NCBI GenBank assembly: GCA_036337435.1
Contig: JAYZEG010000039.1
Span: forward strand, 1 to 21,136
From: Myxococcota bacterium
GTDB lineage: Bacteria; Myxococcota_A; Bradymonadia; UBA7976; UBA1532
Direction: 5' to 3'
DNA: 21,136 bases
Numbering within the stretch: the stretch's first letter is position 1; each line of letters begins with the position of its first letter. Below, one piece after another: positions 1 through 8,127 of the stretch. The position numbers and the translations under genes were made by a program. The notes beneath the pieces were generated by a model. It saw only the letters and a program-made list of their open reading frames with translations, was not told where the DNA came from and ran no database searches.

Positions 1-89
1 GTGGTTGCAACCACAGTAGATTGAGGCGACCTGTAATAGTCCAACCAAGCATCGGAGGTGATCTTGAGACTGAATTCAAACTCCTTCAT
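1..89 (-). CDS. Small protein, probable DUF2835 family (5' part only; runs off the window)
   Basis: Not in the ORF track. ATG at 89 reads MKEFEFSLKITSDAWLDYYRSPQSTVVAT..., resembling the DUF2835 N-terminus (F.L.IS...YL.YY.G....V.....G) as I recall it. The ATG overlaps the upstream TGA (86-88) in an ATGA junction. Confidence 0.6.
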   Translation of the reverse strand, partial: MKEFEFSLKITSDAWLDYYRSPQSTVVAT

Positions 90-328
90 GAGCGTGTCTT
101 CTTTTGTTGCTCAATTTGATGATGGGTTGTATTCCCAAGCACCTGGTCGGTTGATGTCCGTCGAGGCTCGTTCAGCTGGGTCGACGATTGCCGACTGCGC
201 TTCTTTTTACTTGTCCCAGACCCCATGCGAAGTTCGAAATGCAGCGCATGGCCACTGAATTCCGCCGAATCCAATGACACCTTATATGCTCTGGAGCCAA
301 AGGTAATCTCTTGGCTGAGGGCGATACT
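86..328 (-). pseudogene. In-frame C-terminal continuation (80 aa) of the 329..1480 lipoprotein beyond an internal TAG
   Basis: After TAG 329-331 the same frame stays open (SIALSQEITFGSRAYKVSLDSAEFSGHALHFELRMG...KKTRS) to TGA 86-88, which forms an ATGA overlap with the next gene. Track ORF 86..280 is in this frame (1480-280=1200). Confidence 0.6.
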
Positions 329-1480
329 CTAGGTCAGTGAAAAGACTCGCTTACTGATGCCGAGGACGTCTAATGCTTCCGAGATCAGTGGGGGACCAAG
401 GACCTCCTCAATACGTCCGTCTCTAAATCCAAATTTGAGTTTTTTACCCTTCAGGGACACGGTCGGTCTAGCCCCTGCCTGGACGTAAATACAAGCTGGA
501 AGCGTCTTCGGCTCAAGATTCCACAGTTTCACTTTTAATGGATGATTCGTTCGGGTCCATGCAAAACCGGCCGTGTATGCACCGTCGCTGGTCGGGCGAC
601 CATTGGCGTTGTACTGTGCGGGAATCCGCCCGTCATCAATCGCTTGGTTACCGAGAGATGCAACCATATCCGTCGAGATTGAAAATCGAACAGTCCTGGT
701 ATTCACAACTCGCTTTGGCGTTGGTAGGCCTTTTGCTTTCAAACTCGTACGAATACCAAACACCAAGTCATTCTGCGACGAAATCAGAGTGATCCGCTCA
801 ACCGGTAAATCGGGCACCTTGAACTTAAATCGGACGATTTCCCCCATGGGTTTCAACATGGTTTGACGGACAACGGGATAGAAGTCTCGCAGTAGTCTGC
901 TCAGATTTTTTTGAACGTAGCCGCGGAGGGTGTTGGTCGAGACCAGCTGTCTCGCCAAAGACGGGATTTTTGAACGAATCGCTCGGGTCAGGTTATCGGC
1001 GGCTCCCCTAGAGAGACTGGGCTCAACTTGTTCAAAAACATCGTATCGCACCACAAGGGTCATCGTCTGAGTTTTCCGATCATAAATGACTGGAACAACC
1101 GCCTTTAATTGAATGCCGAATAAGCGTGACCGTCCGTAGAAGGCATCCAGGTTGAGACCGAGCTTGAGGTTTGATGACCGGTCAAAGTCAAAGGCAAGCT
1201 CTTTTGGTCGAAGGCTTAATCCGTCGACATATTGGCCCACAGCGCCAAAGCCAGTGAGGGCCACCGGCATATCCGGGATCGCCCCAAACGCACGATCGAC
1301 GCCATTTTCGAACAGCCTCTTTGGAATGGAGACGAGGACGTGGTGCCCTCGGTCTGCCTCCTGTAATTGCCTTTGTGCCAGGAATTCATCTCGATTTTCT
1401 TGAACCACCTGACAGCTGCCGCATCCAAGATTAAGGGCGAGTATCGCTGTCATCACACCGACGTAAAACGACCGAATCAA
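329..1480 (-). CDS. Putative lipoprotein of unknown function (383 aa to the TAG; 464 aa if read to 86)
   Basis: TTG start overlaps the MBL stop (TTGA 1480-1477). Signal peptide with lipobox-like LNLGC/GCGSC. Long ORF with mixed alpha/beta character. Confidence 0.75.
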   Translation of the reverse strand: MIRSFYVGVMTAILALNLGCGSCQVVQENRDEFLAQRQLQEADRGHHVLVSIPKRLFENGVDRAFGAIPDMPVALTGFGAVGQYVDGLSLRPKELAFDFDRSSNLKLGLNLDAFYGRSRLFGIQLKAVVPVIYDRKTQTMTLVVRYDVFEQVEPSLSRGAADNLTRAIRSKIPSLARQLVSTNTLRGYVQKNLSRLLRDFYPVVRQTMLKPMGEIVRFKFKVPDLPVERITLISSQNDLVFGIRTSLKAKGLPTPKRVVNTRTVRFSISTDMVASLGNQAIDDGRIPAQYNANGRPTSDGAYTAGFAWTRTNHPLKVKLWNLEPKTLPACIYVQAGARPTVSLKGKKLKFGFRDGRIEEVLGPPLISEALDVLGISKRVFSLT

Positions 1481-2361
1481 AGGACATCTCCGGAAAGGTT
1501 ATTGACTGTCTCGGTGACTCCATAGCGTAATTTCTGATCCTGCGACAGTCGGCCGATGGCGACAGATGGGTCATGAGTAAAAAAAAGACGCCCATTTCGG
1601 CTCAAAAGCGACGCGAGGATTTGTTCTTTCTCGTCAATAATCATTTCAGGATAGCGGTCATAGCCCATAGTGATGGGGAGATGAACCCATGGTACGCCGG
1701 GAATTAGGTCACCGCAGAACAACACCGGCCCCTCATCGCTTGGAACCTCTGCGAGCATGAGACCGGGTGTATGACCATAAGAAAAATGGAGCCGATAATC
1801 TGCGCCTAGAGTCTGCGATGTTTTGTCACCGACGATTTCCAATCGACCCGTCGACTCGAGCAGTGGCTGTAACTCGGGTATAAACGATGCCCTGTCACGG
1901 GCGTGGGGCTGACAGGCCCTCGACCACGCATCTTGACTCACGACATAGGCGGCATTGGGAAAAACCAGTTCGTATGGTTTGTGTTCAATGTATTCGGTCA
2001 GCAACCCACCAGCATGGTCAAAGTGAAGATGTGACAAGACGACCACGTCGATGTCATCCGGCTCAAAACCAGCATTGTTTAAACCGATGAGGAGCTGATG
2101 CTCATCGGACATCACACCGAAGCGTGCTCGTAATTTGGGCGGGAAGAAAATGCCGATTCCTGCTTCGAAAAGAATCAACCGACCTGAACTCTCTTTAATG
2201 AGCATCGCCCGGCAGGCTAATTCGATTCGATTCTCTGAGTCTGGTTTGCACCATCGGGCCCATAAGGCTTTGGGGACGTTTCCGAACATGGCGCCCCCGT
2301 CCAATCTCTGAGTGTTACCTGCGATGGACCAAATTTGCGTAGTGCCCATATGCTGACTCAT
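1477..2361 (-). CDS. MBL-fold metallo-hydrolase, YtnP-like
   Basis: [15 protein letters not shown] signature, HxHxDH motif [24 protein letters not shown] and FFTHD. The start is probably 2361 or 2349 (TAGGAG at the phoR stop), not the track's 2421, which lies inside phoR. Confidence 0.9.
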   Translation of the reverse strand: MSQHMGTTQIWSIAGNTQRLDGGAMFGNVPKALWARWCKPDSENRIELACRAMLIKESSGRLILFEAGIGIFFPPKLRARFGVMSDEHQLLIGLNNAGFEPDDIDVVVLSHLHFDHAGGLLTEYIEHKPYELVFPNAAYVVSQDAWSRACQPHARDRASFIPELQPLLESTGRLEIVGDKTSQTLGADYRLHFSYGHTPGLMLAEVPSDEGPVLFCGDLIPGVPWVHLPITMGYDRYPEMIIDEKEQILASLLSRNGRLFFTHDPSVAIGRLSQDQKLRYGVTETVNNLSGDVL

Positions 2362-2365
2362 GCTC

Positions 2366-4171
2366 CTAATCGTCATCCCCATCACCGACTGGTTCATCCA
2401 TCGTGGTTGTGGATTCCCCAAGGAGTGGCAGGTTCAGCCAAAAGATCGAGCCGTTTGGCTTATTTGGCTTCATGCCAACCTCACCCTCCATATTTATCAT
2501 CAGATGTTTGACGATCGAAAGGCCTAACCCCGTGCCGCCCATATGCTTTGAGCGGCCCTTATCGACTCGATAGAAACGTTCAAAGATTCGTTTTCTATGT
2601 TTTTCAGCAATGCCGGGTCCGTTGTCCACGACTTCTATGCGCACATATTCACTGGTCTCAGTGCCCGTGAGTGTCACTTCACCCCCCGCCTGGGTGTAGC
2701 GGACCGCATTCTGCAGTAGATTGATCAACACATGTTCGAGTCCAAATCGGTCTGCTCGCACGGTTAAATCCGGAGCCACCTTGCAGACCATGGTGATCTG
2801 CTTCTGACTTGCGAGCTGTTCGATTCCATCCCAAATATCAGCTATGAGCTCCATCAATCGTATTCGCCCTGCCTCCATATCGTACTGCCCAGATTCGATT
2901 CGAGAGATGTGGAGTAAGTCCGCTATGATGTCCGTCAATCTCTTCGCATTGCGGACCAGTGCATCTACAAATTTAGGCCCCGTGACTGGATCCTGCATCG
3001 CTCCGTCTTTGAGGGCTTCTGCATTTAAGCTAATCACACTGACCGGCGTTCTGAGCTCGTGGGATACGTTGGCGACAAAGTCTCTTCTGACTCGTTCGAG
3101 ACGCCGCAGGCGAGTGACGTCATGGAGCACCAGTACGCAGCCAGCATCATTTCCGTGGGGTGCCACACGACCCATAACAAAGCGTGTGCTGCCACGATTG
3201 ATCTCGATGTCGAGCTCAGATGATTGACCGTTCAAAGCAGCATCTATTGCTGACAGAATTTCCCGCGTTTTAATCACCTTGTGAACGCGTTTCTTACGGG
3301 GTGATTTCTTGAGTTCAAAAAACTCGACTGCAGCACTGTTTCCAAGTGTGATTCGGCGCTCAGCGTTGACCACCAAAACGGCCTCGGTCATGCCTTCTAA
3401 AACAGCGGCGAACCGATCGCGTTCAAGGGCCAAGGTTGTTACGATTTCTTCGAGGGCTTGATCAAGACGGTCGAGTGATCGATGCAGGACTGAAATTTCA
3501 TCGGTGCTTTCAGGTCGAATACTGACATTACTCAAGTGGCCATCGGCCATCACCTTAGCTCGAGTCAACAAACTACGAAGCCGTTTCGACAATAAATGAG
3601 ATGCCAGCAGACTCACCATAATGGCCAAAATTAAGCCAAGAATCCCGGCGAAAAGTAGGAAATAGCGCATACGTGTGATCGCTTGATCCACGGCCGTCAG
3701 AGGCGTCGCGATTCGCAAGACGCCTGGCTTGATAGGATGTTTGAACGGAACGGCCACGTAGAGCGAGTGGGTTCCGAGGGTCTCACTGGACCGTCGTGCG
3801 AAGCCCTGACCGTCTTCGAGTGCAGCCATAAATTCAGGTCGATCTTTGTGATTCGGTAGCTGGCGTACGTGCTCGATGGGTAGCGCAGAATCACCCAAGA
3901 CAACACCGCTGTCGGCGATGAGTGTAATACGCTTGCGTTGGTAGCGGCCTAATTTATCTGCGAGGCGGTCGAATTGGTCTAGAGATTCTGTCTCGGGTGC
4001 CAGGTCGACGGCCGCAACCGAGGTGAAGGCATGGGCGAGAAGGTCTCGCTCCATGCGACTTTCGAGCCATTGTCGGAGTTCGCTTTCGAGATAAACGGCA
4101 CTGACTGAGCCCACCACCATAATCAGGGCTAATGAGACGAGAAATAAACGCCCCCGTAAGCTTACTTTCAT
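2366..4171 (-). CDS. phoR: PhoR-like sensor histidine kinase (TM-periplasmic sensor-TM-HAMP-PAS-HisKA-HATPase)
   Basis: H-box [16 protein letters not shown]-box [10 protein letters not shown]1 DNGPGI, F-box [14 protein letters not shown]2 [11 protein letters not shown]. Two TM segments and the NHKDRPEF sensor motif typical of long PhoR. ATGA overlap with the response regulator. Confidence 0.88.
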   Translation of the reverse strand: MKVSLRGRLFLVSLALIMVVGSVSAVYLESELRQWLESRMERDLLAHAFTSVAAVDLAPETESLDQFDRLADKLGRYQRKRITLIADSGVVLGDSALPIEHVRQLPNHKDRPEFMAALEDGQGFARRSSETLGTHSLYVAVPFKHPIKPGVLRIATPLTAVDQAITRMRYFLLFAGILGLILAIMVSLLASHLLSKRLRSLLTRAKVMADGHLSNVSIRPESTDEISVLHRSLDRLDQALEEIVTTLALERDRFAAVLEGMTEAVLVVNAERRITLGNSAAVEFFELKKSPRKKRVHKVIKTREILSAIDAALNGQSSELDIEINRGSTRFVMGRVAPHGNDAGCVLVLHDVTRLRRLERVRRDFVANVSHELRTPVSVISLNAEALKDGAMQDPVTGPKFVDALVRNAKRLTDIIADLLHISRIESGQYDMEAGRIRLMELIADIWDGIEQLASQKQITMVCKVAPDLTVRADRFGLEHVLINLLQNAVRYTQAGGEVTLTGTETSEYVRIEVVDNGPGIAEKHRKRIFERFYRVDKGRSKHMGGTGLGLSIVKHLMINMEGEVGMKPNKPNGSIFWLNLPLLGESTTTMDEPVGDGDDD

Positions 4172-4872
4172 TCCTTACTCTGGTTTGGTCTGGCTTGCAT
4201 GCGATACCCCACACCGCGCACTGTCTCAATATATGTGCCTGCGGCCTTAAGCTTTTCTCTGAGTCGCTTCATATGCGTGTCTACCGTGCGCGTCGTCACC
4301 TCAGCTTGGTAACCCCAGACATCTGTCAAGAGTCGTTCGCGGGTTTGTACCCGACCGCGCCGGTCATAGAAGGTGGTCAAAAGACGAAATTCTAGAGCTG
4401 TCAGACGAATTTCCTGGTCCTCGACCCAGACTCGATGTCCGGGCCTATCCAGTTTAAGACAGCCAAATTCAATGTCTTCCGATTGGCTTTCGGCTCCTTT
4501 CGACCGTTTCAAGATGACGCTCACTCTCAACATGAGTTCTCGCATGCTGTAGGGCTTCACGACATAGTCATCTGCACCGACTTCAAAGCCGACAACGCGA
4601 TCGATCTCTTCGGCTCGTGCCGTCACCATCACCACGGGGATATCCTTAGTCTTTGCTCCATTCTTAAGGCGTCTACAAACCTCAGTACCCGACATGTCCG
4701 GCAACATGAGGTCGAGCAGAACCAAGTTCGGTAAGGGTTCTTTTTGCACCAATTCGAGGGCGTCTTGCGCTGTCGCTGCTGAGCGTGTCTGATAGCCCTC
4801 TCGCTGCAAACTGTATTCGAGTGTGGTCAATAAATCGCGTTCGTCTTCAACGATCAATATTAGTGCGGACAT
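4168..4872 (-). CDS. phoB: OmpR/PhoB-family response regulator, PhoB-like
   Basis: Receiver motifs ILIVEDE, LLDLMLPDMSG (phospho-Asp), MVTAR and GADDYVVKP; winged helix RTVDTHMKRLREKL and IETVRGVGYR; directly upstream of the PhoR-like kinase. Confidence 0.85.
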   Translation of the reverse strand: MSALILIVEDERDLLTTLEYSLQREGYQTRSAATAQDALELVQKEPLPNLVLLDLMLPDMSGTEVCRRLKNGAKTKDIPVVMVTARAEEIDRVVGFEVGADDYVVKPYSMRELMLRVSVILKRSKGAESQSEDIEFGCLKLDRPGHRVWVEDQEIRLTALEFRLLTTFYDRRGRVQTRERLLTDVWGYQAEVTTRTVDTHMKRLREKLKAAGTYIETVRGVGYRMQARPNQSKE

Positions 4873-4920
4873 ACGTTTTCTCTTTCAGCCGGTCTGCTTC
4901 GTATGGCCTAACAGTCCAGA

Positions 4921-4938
4921 TCAACAGCGGCGTGACAC
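4921..4938 (-). promoter_or_regulatory. Possible Pho box upstream of phoB
   Basis: Minus strand GTGTCAC-GCCG-CTGTTGA: two 7-mers at 11-bp period resembling CTGTCAT-N4-CTGTCAC, followed after 10 nt by a weak -10-like TAGGCC, ~50 nt before the phoB ATG. The second half-site is degenerate. Confidence 0.3.
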
Positions 4939-5454
4939 TCCCGTAGTGTTTATGTTTCGATATGACCTGCGAAGTCCAGCAAAAAAAGGCTTGAGTACCA
5001 CCGACGTAGACTCGATGATTTGAGGGTACTTTCAGGAGGTCTGGCTGTGTCCGACATCGAAATGACGCTTTCATTTGCCCATCACGGATCTTATGTAGCA
5101 CTTTTAAGCTGTTACGTGCTGCTGTGGACCTCACGGCGCGACTATGAGGCACCGTACAGACCGCACGCGAGTCGAGCTCCTATGAGCTTGGTTTGGGGCG
5201 TGTGGGGCAGGCGGATATGTCTTTACACCTATGCCTTGACGGGCATTTGGTATCTACATTTGAATCAGCAACTTCTGAGCGAACTGACCGTGCGCTCGCG
5301 AATTGTACTCTCGGTTATTCTGCTGGTGATTGACCAACTCTATGTCGCAGCCATGCGTCCAAGGCGGCCTCATGTCAAGCCGACCGGACGTCGAACAACC
5401 AAGGCCATCTCGCTTTTGACGCTCACCCTCTTATGTTTGATGTGGGTCTAGACT

Positions 5455-6780
5455 ATGAAATCAAAAAAACACGTTTGCCTGCAAACCCGTCGAGCCGAGC
5501 TTCTCAATGCATTAGATGGTCGTACTGCCGTCATCCCAGCGGGTTTACCAACCAGCCGTAACTTTCCTGCGAACCAGCACCCATTCCGTGCCTCGAGCCA
5601 TTTTTTGCATTGTGTCGGTCAAAACTTACCCGGTGCCGTTCTTATTTTGGATGAGCGGGGAGCCTGTTTGTATGTCGAACGACCAGACGCAGATGATGCG
5701 CTCTGGCATGGTCCGCGCCCGACGGCCCAAGAGTGGCGCGCGACGCTCGACGTCAAAACGGCTTATCTTGATGAATTGGTGTATCAGTCCGATGCGATGG
5801 TGCTGCCCGCCATGGACCCAGGTTCGAGCAAAAGGATTTCGGAAAAGCTGAACCGGCCTGTATCCGGTGGGTCTATCGATCCGTTTGACCGACCATTGGC
5901 CGAAGCGATGGTGGCGTCTCGACTTTGCCACGACCCATGGGCAATCGACCAATTGATCCGTGCGGCTCAGGTGACCGCCGAGGCCCATGAGCTCGCGCGT
6001 AATCGATTGCGATCCGGGGTGTCATGCCAATCTATTTGGGGGGTCATGAACGGCTATTTTTACGACCATGGAATGACCAATTCATACAACCCGATCATCA
6101 CGCCTGCAGGGGAAGTTCTTCATCAAAATGACCTGAGTGCAAAAATGCAGGCGGGCGACATGGTTTTGCTCGACGTTGGGGCTGAAACTGGCTCGGGTTA
6201 CGCTGCCGATGTCACGCGAACCTGGCCCGTGGAACAGCCAATGTCACCAACACAGTCGGCCATCCACGATGTCGTGTCAACCGCCCAAGACGCAGCCATA
6301 GCACTCATCAAACCAGGCGTTGAATACAGAGAAGTCCATCGCATGGCCTGTCTGACTCTCGTGAGTGGTTTGTGTGACTTAAATCTTTTGTATGGCGACC
6401 CGATTGATCTCGTCGAAGAAAATGTGCACGCCCTGTTTTTCCCGCACGGTGTTGGGCATTTGCTGGGATTGGATGTCCACGACATGGAAGATCTGGGTGA
6501 CCTCGCTGGATATGCACCAGGCCGACGACGCAGTGAGCGTTTTGGCTGGTCGTTTCTTCGATTGGACCGGCCCTTACAAGAAGGCATGCTTGTCACGGTT
6601 GAGCCAGGGTTTTACCAAGTCGATGACCTGCAGCGTCGTTATTATAACCACCCCCATTTGACTCAGTTCGTCAACTGGTCTGAATTGAGCGCGTATAGCG
6701 ATGTCCGCGGCCTGCGAGTCGAAGACGACATACTCGTTACGGCAGACGGCTCTCGTTGCCTATCGCAGACAACCGGTTGA
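5455..6780 (+). CDS. pepP: Xaa-Pro aminopeptidase (M24B, aminopeptidase P family)
   Basis: N-domain FRASSHFL; metal ligands in LLDVGAE, YAADVTRTWP, HGVGHLLGLDVHD, TVEPG and GLRVEDD. Confidence 0.88.
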   Translation: MKSKKHVCLQTRRAELLNALDGRTAVIPAGLPTSRNFPANQHPFRASSHFLHCVGQNLPGAVLILDERGACLYVERPDADDALWHGPRPTAQEWRATLDVKTAYLDELVYQSDAMVLPAMDPGSSKRISEKLNRPVSGGSIDPFDRPLAEAMVASRLCHDPWAIDQLIRAAQVTAEAHELARNRLRSGVSCQSIWGVMNGYFYDHGMTNSYNPIITPAGEVLHQNDLSAKMQAGDMVLLDVGAETGSGYAADVTRTWPVEQPMSPTQSAIHDVVSTAQDAAIALIKPGVEYREVHRMACLTLVSGLCDLNLLYGDPIDLVEENVHALFFPHGVGHLLGLDVHDMEDLGDLAGYAPGRRRSERFGWSFLRLDRPLQEGMLVTVEPGFYQVDDLQRRYYNHPHLTQFVNWSELSAYSDVRGLRVEDDILVTADGSRCLSQTTG

Positions 6781-6785
6781 GCCTT

Positions 6786-6917
6786 AAAAAGAAGGAAAGA
6801 TAAGCCGCCCCGAGCCGGTCGGGTCGCCCACCGGGCTGCCGAAAGGGAGGAGGGGGATCGACAAACACGAAGGCTCCAACTCAGAGCGGCTTAAAGCTGT
6901 ACGATTTACGTATGGTA
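6786..6917 (-). ncRNA. Candidate small structured RNA (rod hairpin 6801-6893 with C-rich apical loop and U-rich tail)
   Basis: 18-bp outer stem UAAGCCGCUCUGAGUUGG/CCGGCUCGGGGCGGCUUA with 4 G-U pairs that form only on the minus strand. Inner stem UGUCGA/UCGGCA closes loop UCCCCCUCCUCCCUU. Followed by UCUUUCCUUCUUUUU. Both ends are estimates. Confidence 0.55.
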
Positions 6918-6923
6918 TAGAGA

Positions 6924-6948
6924 GTCGAGATCCACCCCATTTGGTTAC
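6924..6948 (-). promoter_or_regulatory. Putative ECF-sigma-type promoter for the candidate sRNA
   Basis: Minus strand GTAAC (6948-6944)-N16-CGAC (6927-6924) matches the AAC-N16/17-CG(A/T)C pattern of ECF promoters such as B. subtilis sigma-X. Confidence 0.35.
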
Positions 6949-7185
6949 GCAGGTCGGATTAAAAAAAAGAATCAGCCTCAGTTTTTGTCTCGACCTCGGC
7001 CCGATTAACTTTCTCAAATCCCAAAGATTGAGAAGAATTCGGGTTCAGATAGACCTACGAAGCATCCCATTGGACTTCGCAGTTTGGCGTTCAAACCTGA
7101 TTGCTACCGTGTAAGAGAGTCCCTTGAATGTCGACCTGATCATGTCGGCATCCACCGTGCTTGAAATTGGTCCATGTGGACCGGG

Positions 7186-8109
7186 TCACCCGAATGAAAG
7201 GGCCAGGTGTTCGGCGAATAAATCAGCGGTTTCAACCACGACAAGACCCTCTGTTTTGAGTTGAATTGCATTGGGGTGACTGTCCGTTGCTATCACCATC
7301 TCGAAGAGACCTGAATCGAGAATCCGTCTGTAAGCACCCGGCGTGAAAACGCCATGGGTACAGACAGCAATCTGCTTCGTTGCCCCTGCTGCCTGATACG
7401 TTTCCGCTGCGCTGATGAGAGAGCCACCAGACCGAATCATATCATCGTAGATGACGACTGTCCGTCCGACCACATCGGCATTCATTGCCGTCACTCGCGT
7501 TTGGTTGTTTTGAGTGCGTCGCTTAATGATGAAGGCTGCATCGACACCGAGGTCGTTTGCCAGAGATTCAATCCATTTTGCGCGGCCCGCATCGGTGCTC
7601 CCAAGCACGAAATTTTGACCGCCCATTTTTGCGATGACCGGGGTGAGAAGGGCTTTTGCGTACACGTGAATGGCCGTCAGCCCGTCTTCGAAGTAGTGTG
7701 GGATCCCCTCGCTGTGAAGGTCGAGTAAAAAAACAGAGTTTCCATAACTGGCTGGTGGGATTGCCGACAGAAGCCGTGCTCTGGCCTTAGCTGTCACGAC
7801 CTCACCAGAATGAACGGCGCGCTCCATTGTCGAATACCCAAAATAGGGGAGGACCATTTGGAGCCGGCGCGCACCGTACTTGGTAATCGCACACGCTAAA
7901 TCGTAGAGAGTCAATGTCGATGGATCGTCTATCGTCCCGCCGACCAGAATGACCTGTCGTCCTTCGACGGCCTGCATGAGCCTTTGATAGCGTTCTCCAT
8001 CGGCAAATTGCCGACGTTCGACATCACCGCGTTCTGCATCGAGGCGAGCTAGAAGTGCCTCTTGCAGATGTTCATAGCCCGGGATGGAAAATATGATTGG
8101 TCTTTTCAT
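7186..8109 (-). CDS. prs: Ribose-phosphate pyrophosphokinase (PRPP synthetase), divergent type
   Basis: FADGE, PYFGY, DLHS, DAG, KRR, PRPP-binding loop VVIYDDMIRSGGSL, CTHGVF and TDSHP. Confidence 0.9.
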   Translation of the reverse strand: MKRPIIFSIPGYEHLQEALLARLDAERGDVERRQFADGERYQRLMQAVEGRQVILVGGTIDDPSTLTLYDLACAITKYGARRLQMVLPYFGYSTMERAVHSGEVVTAKARARLLSAIPPASYGNSVFLLDLHSEGIPHYFEDGLTAIHVYAKALLTPVIAKMGGQNFVLGSTDAGRAKWIESLANDLGVDAAFIIKRRTQNNQTRVTAMNADVVGRTVVIYDDMIRSGGSLISAAETYQAAGATKQIAVCTHGVFTPGAYRRILDSGLFEMVIATDSHPNAIQLKTEGLVVVETADLFAEHLALSFG

Positions 8110-8127
8110 GGTCTTCGTTGGCTCCGG

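Noticed and set aside
329..331. Genome-wide TAG reassignment or pyrrolysine as the explanation for the internal stop
   Set aside because: phoR (2366-2368) and elbB (10419-10421) end in TAG at family-typical lengths, so TAG is a normal stop here. No pyl genes are in the window and the protein is not a methylamine methyltransferase.
5060..5120. Palindrome AAATGA-N5-TCATTT and weak 11-bp-spaced TCAT/TCAC half-sites
   Set aside because: Too degenerate to distinguish from background without comparative data.
5020..5451. 143-aa plus-strand ORF (and 4847..5152 minus) in the phoB-pepP intergenic region
   Set aside because: No recognisable family or convincing RBS/start, and it covers the expected divergent promoter region. 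It cannot be fully excluded, because its stop lies 3 nt before the pepP ATG and it has hydrophobic stretches.
6801..6893. Hairpin as SRP RNA, tRNA, 6S RNA, retron msr/msd or MITE
   Set aside because: It lacks the SRP GGAA tetraloop/domain IV motif and a cloverleaf, and is too short for 6S. There is no reverse transcriptase or transposase nearby, no target-site duplication and no second copy in the window.
6784..7017. 77-aa minus-strand ORF across the structured element, or a type I toxin ORF behind the plus-strand GGGAGGAGG
   Set aside because: The ORF has a TTG start without an RBS and no protein-like features. On the plus strand no start codon follows the SD-like run at a usable spacing.
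7011..7182. Short inverted repeats TTCTCA(A)ATC/GATTGAGAA (7011-7034) and GGTCCA-TG-TGGACC (7169-7182) downstream of prs
   Set aside because: Neither has a U-tract in the prs direction and both are short enough to arise by chance, so they are not called as terminators or operators.
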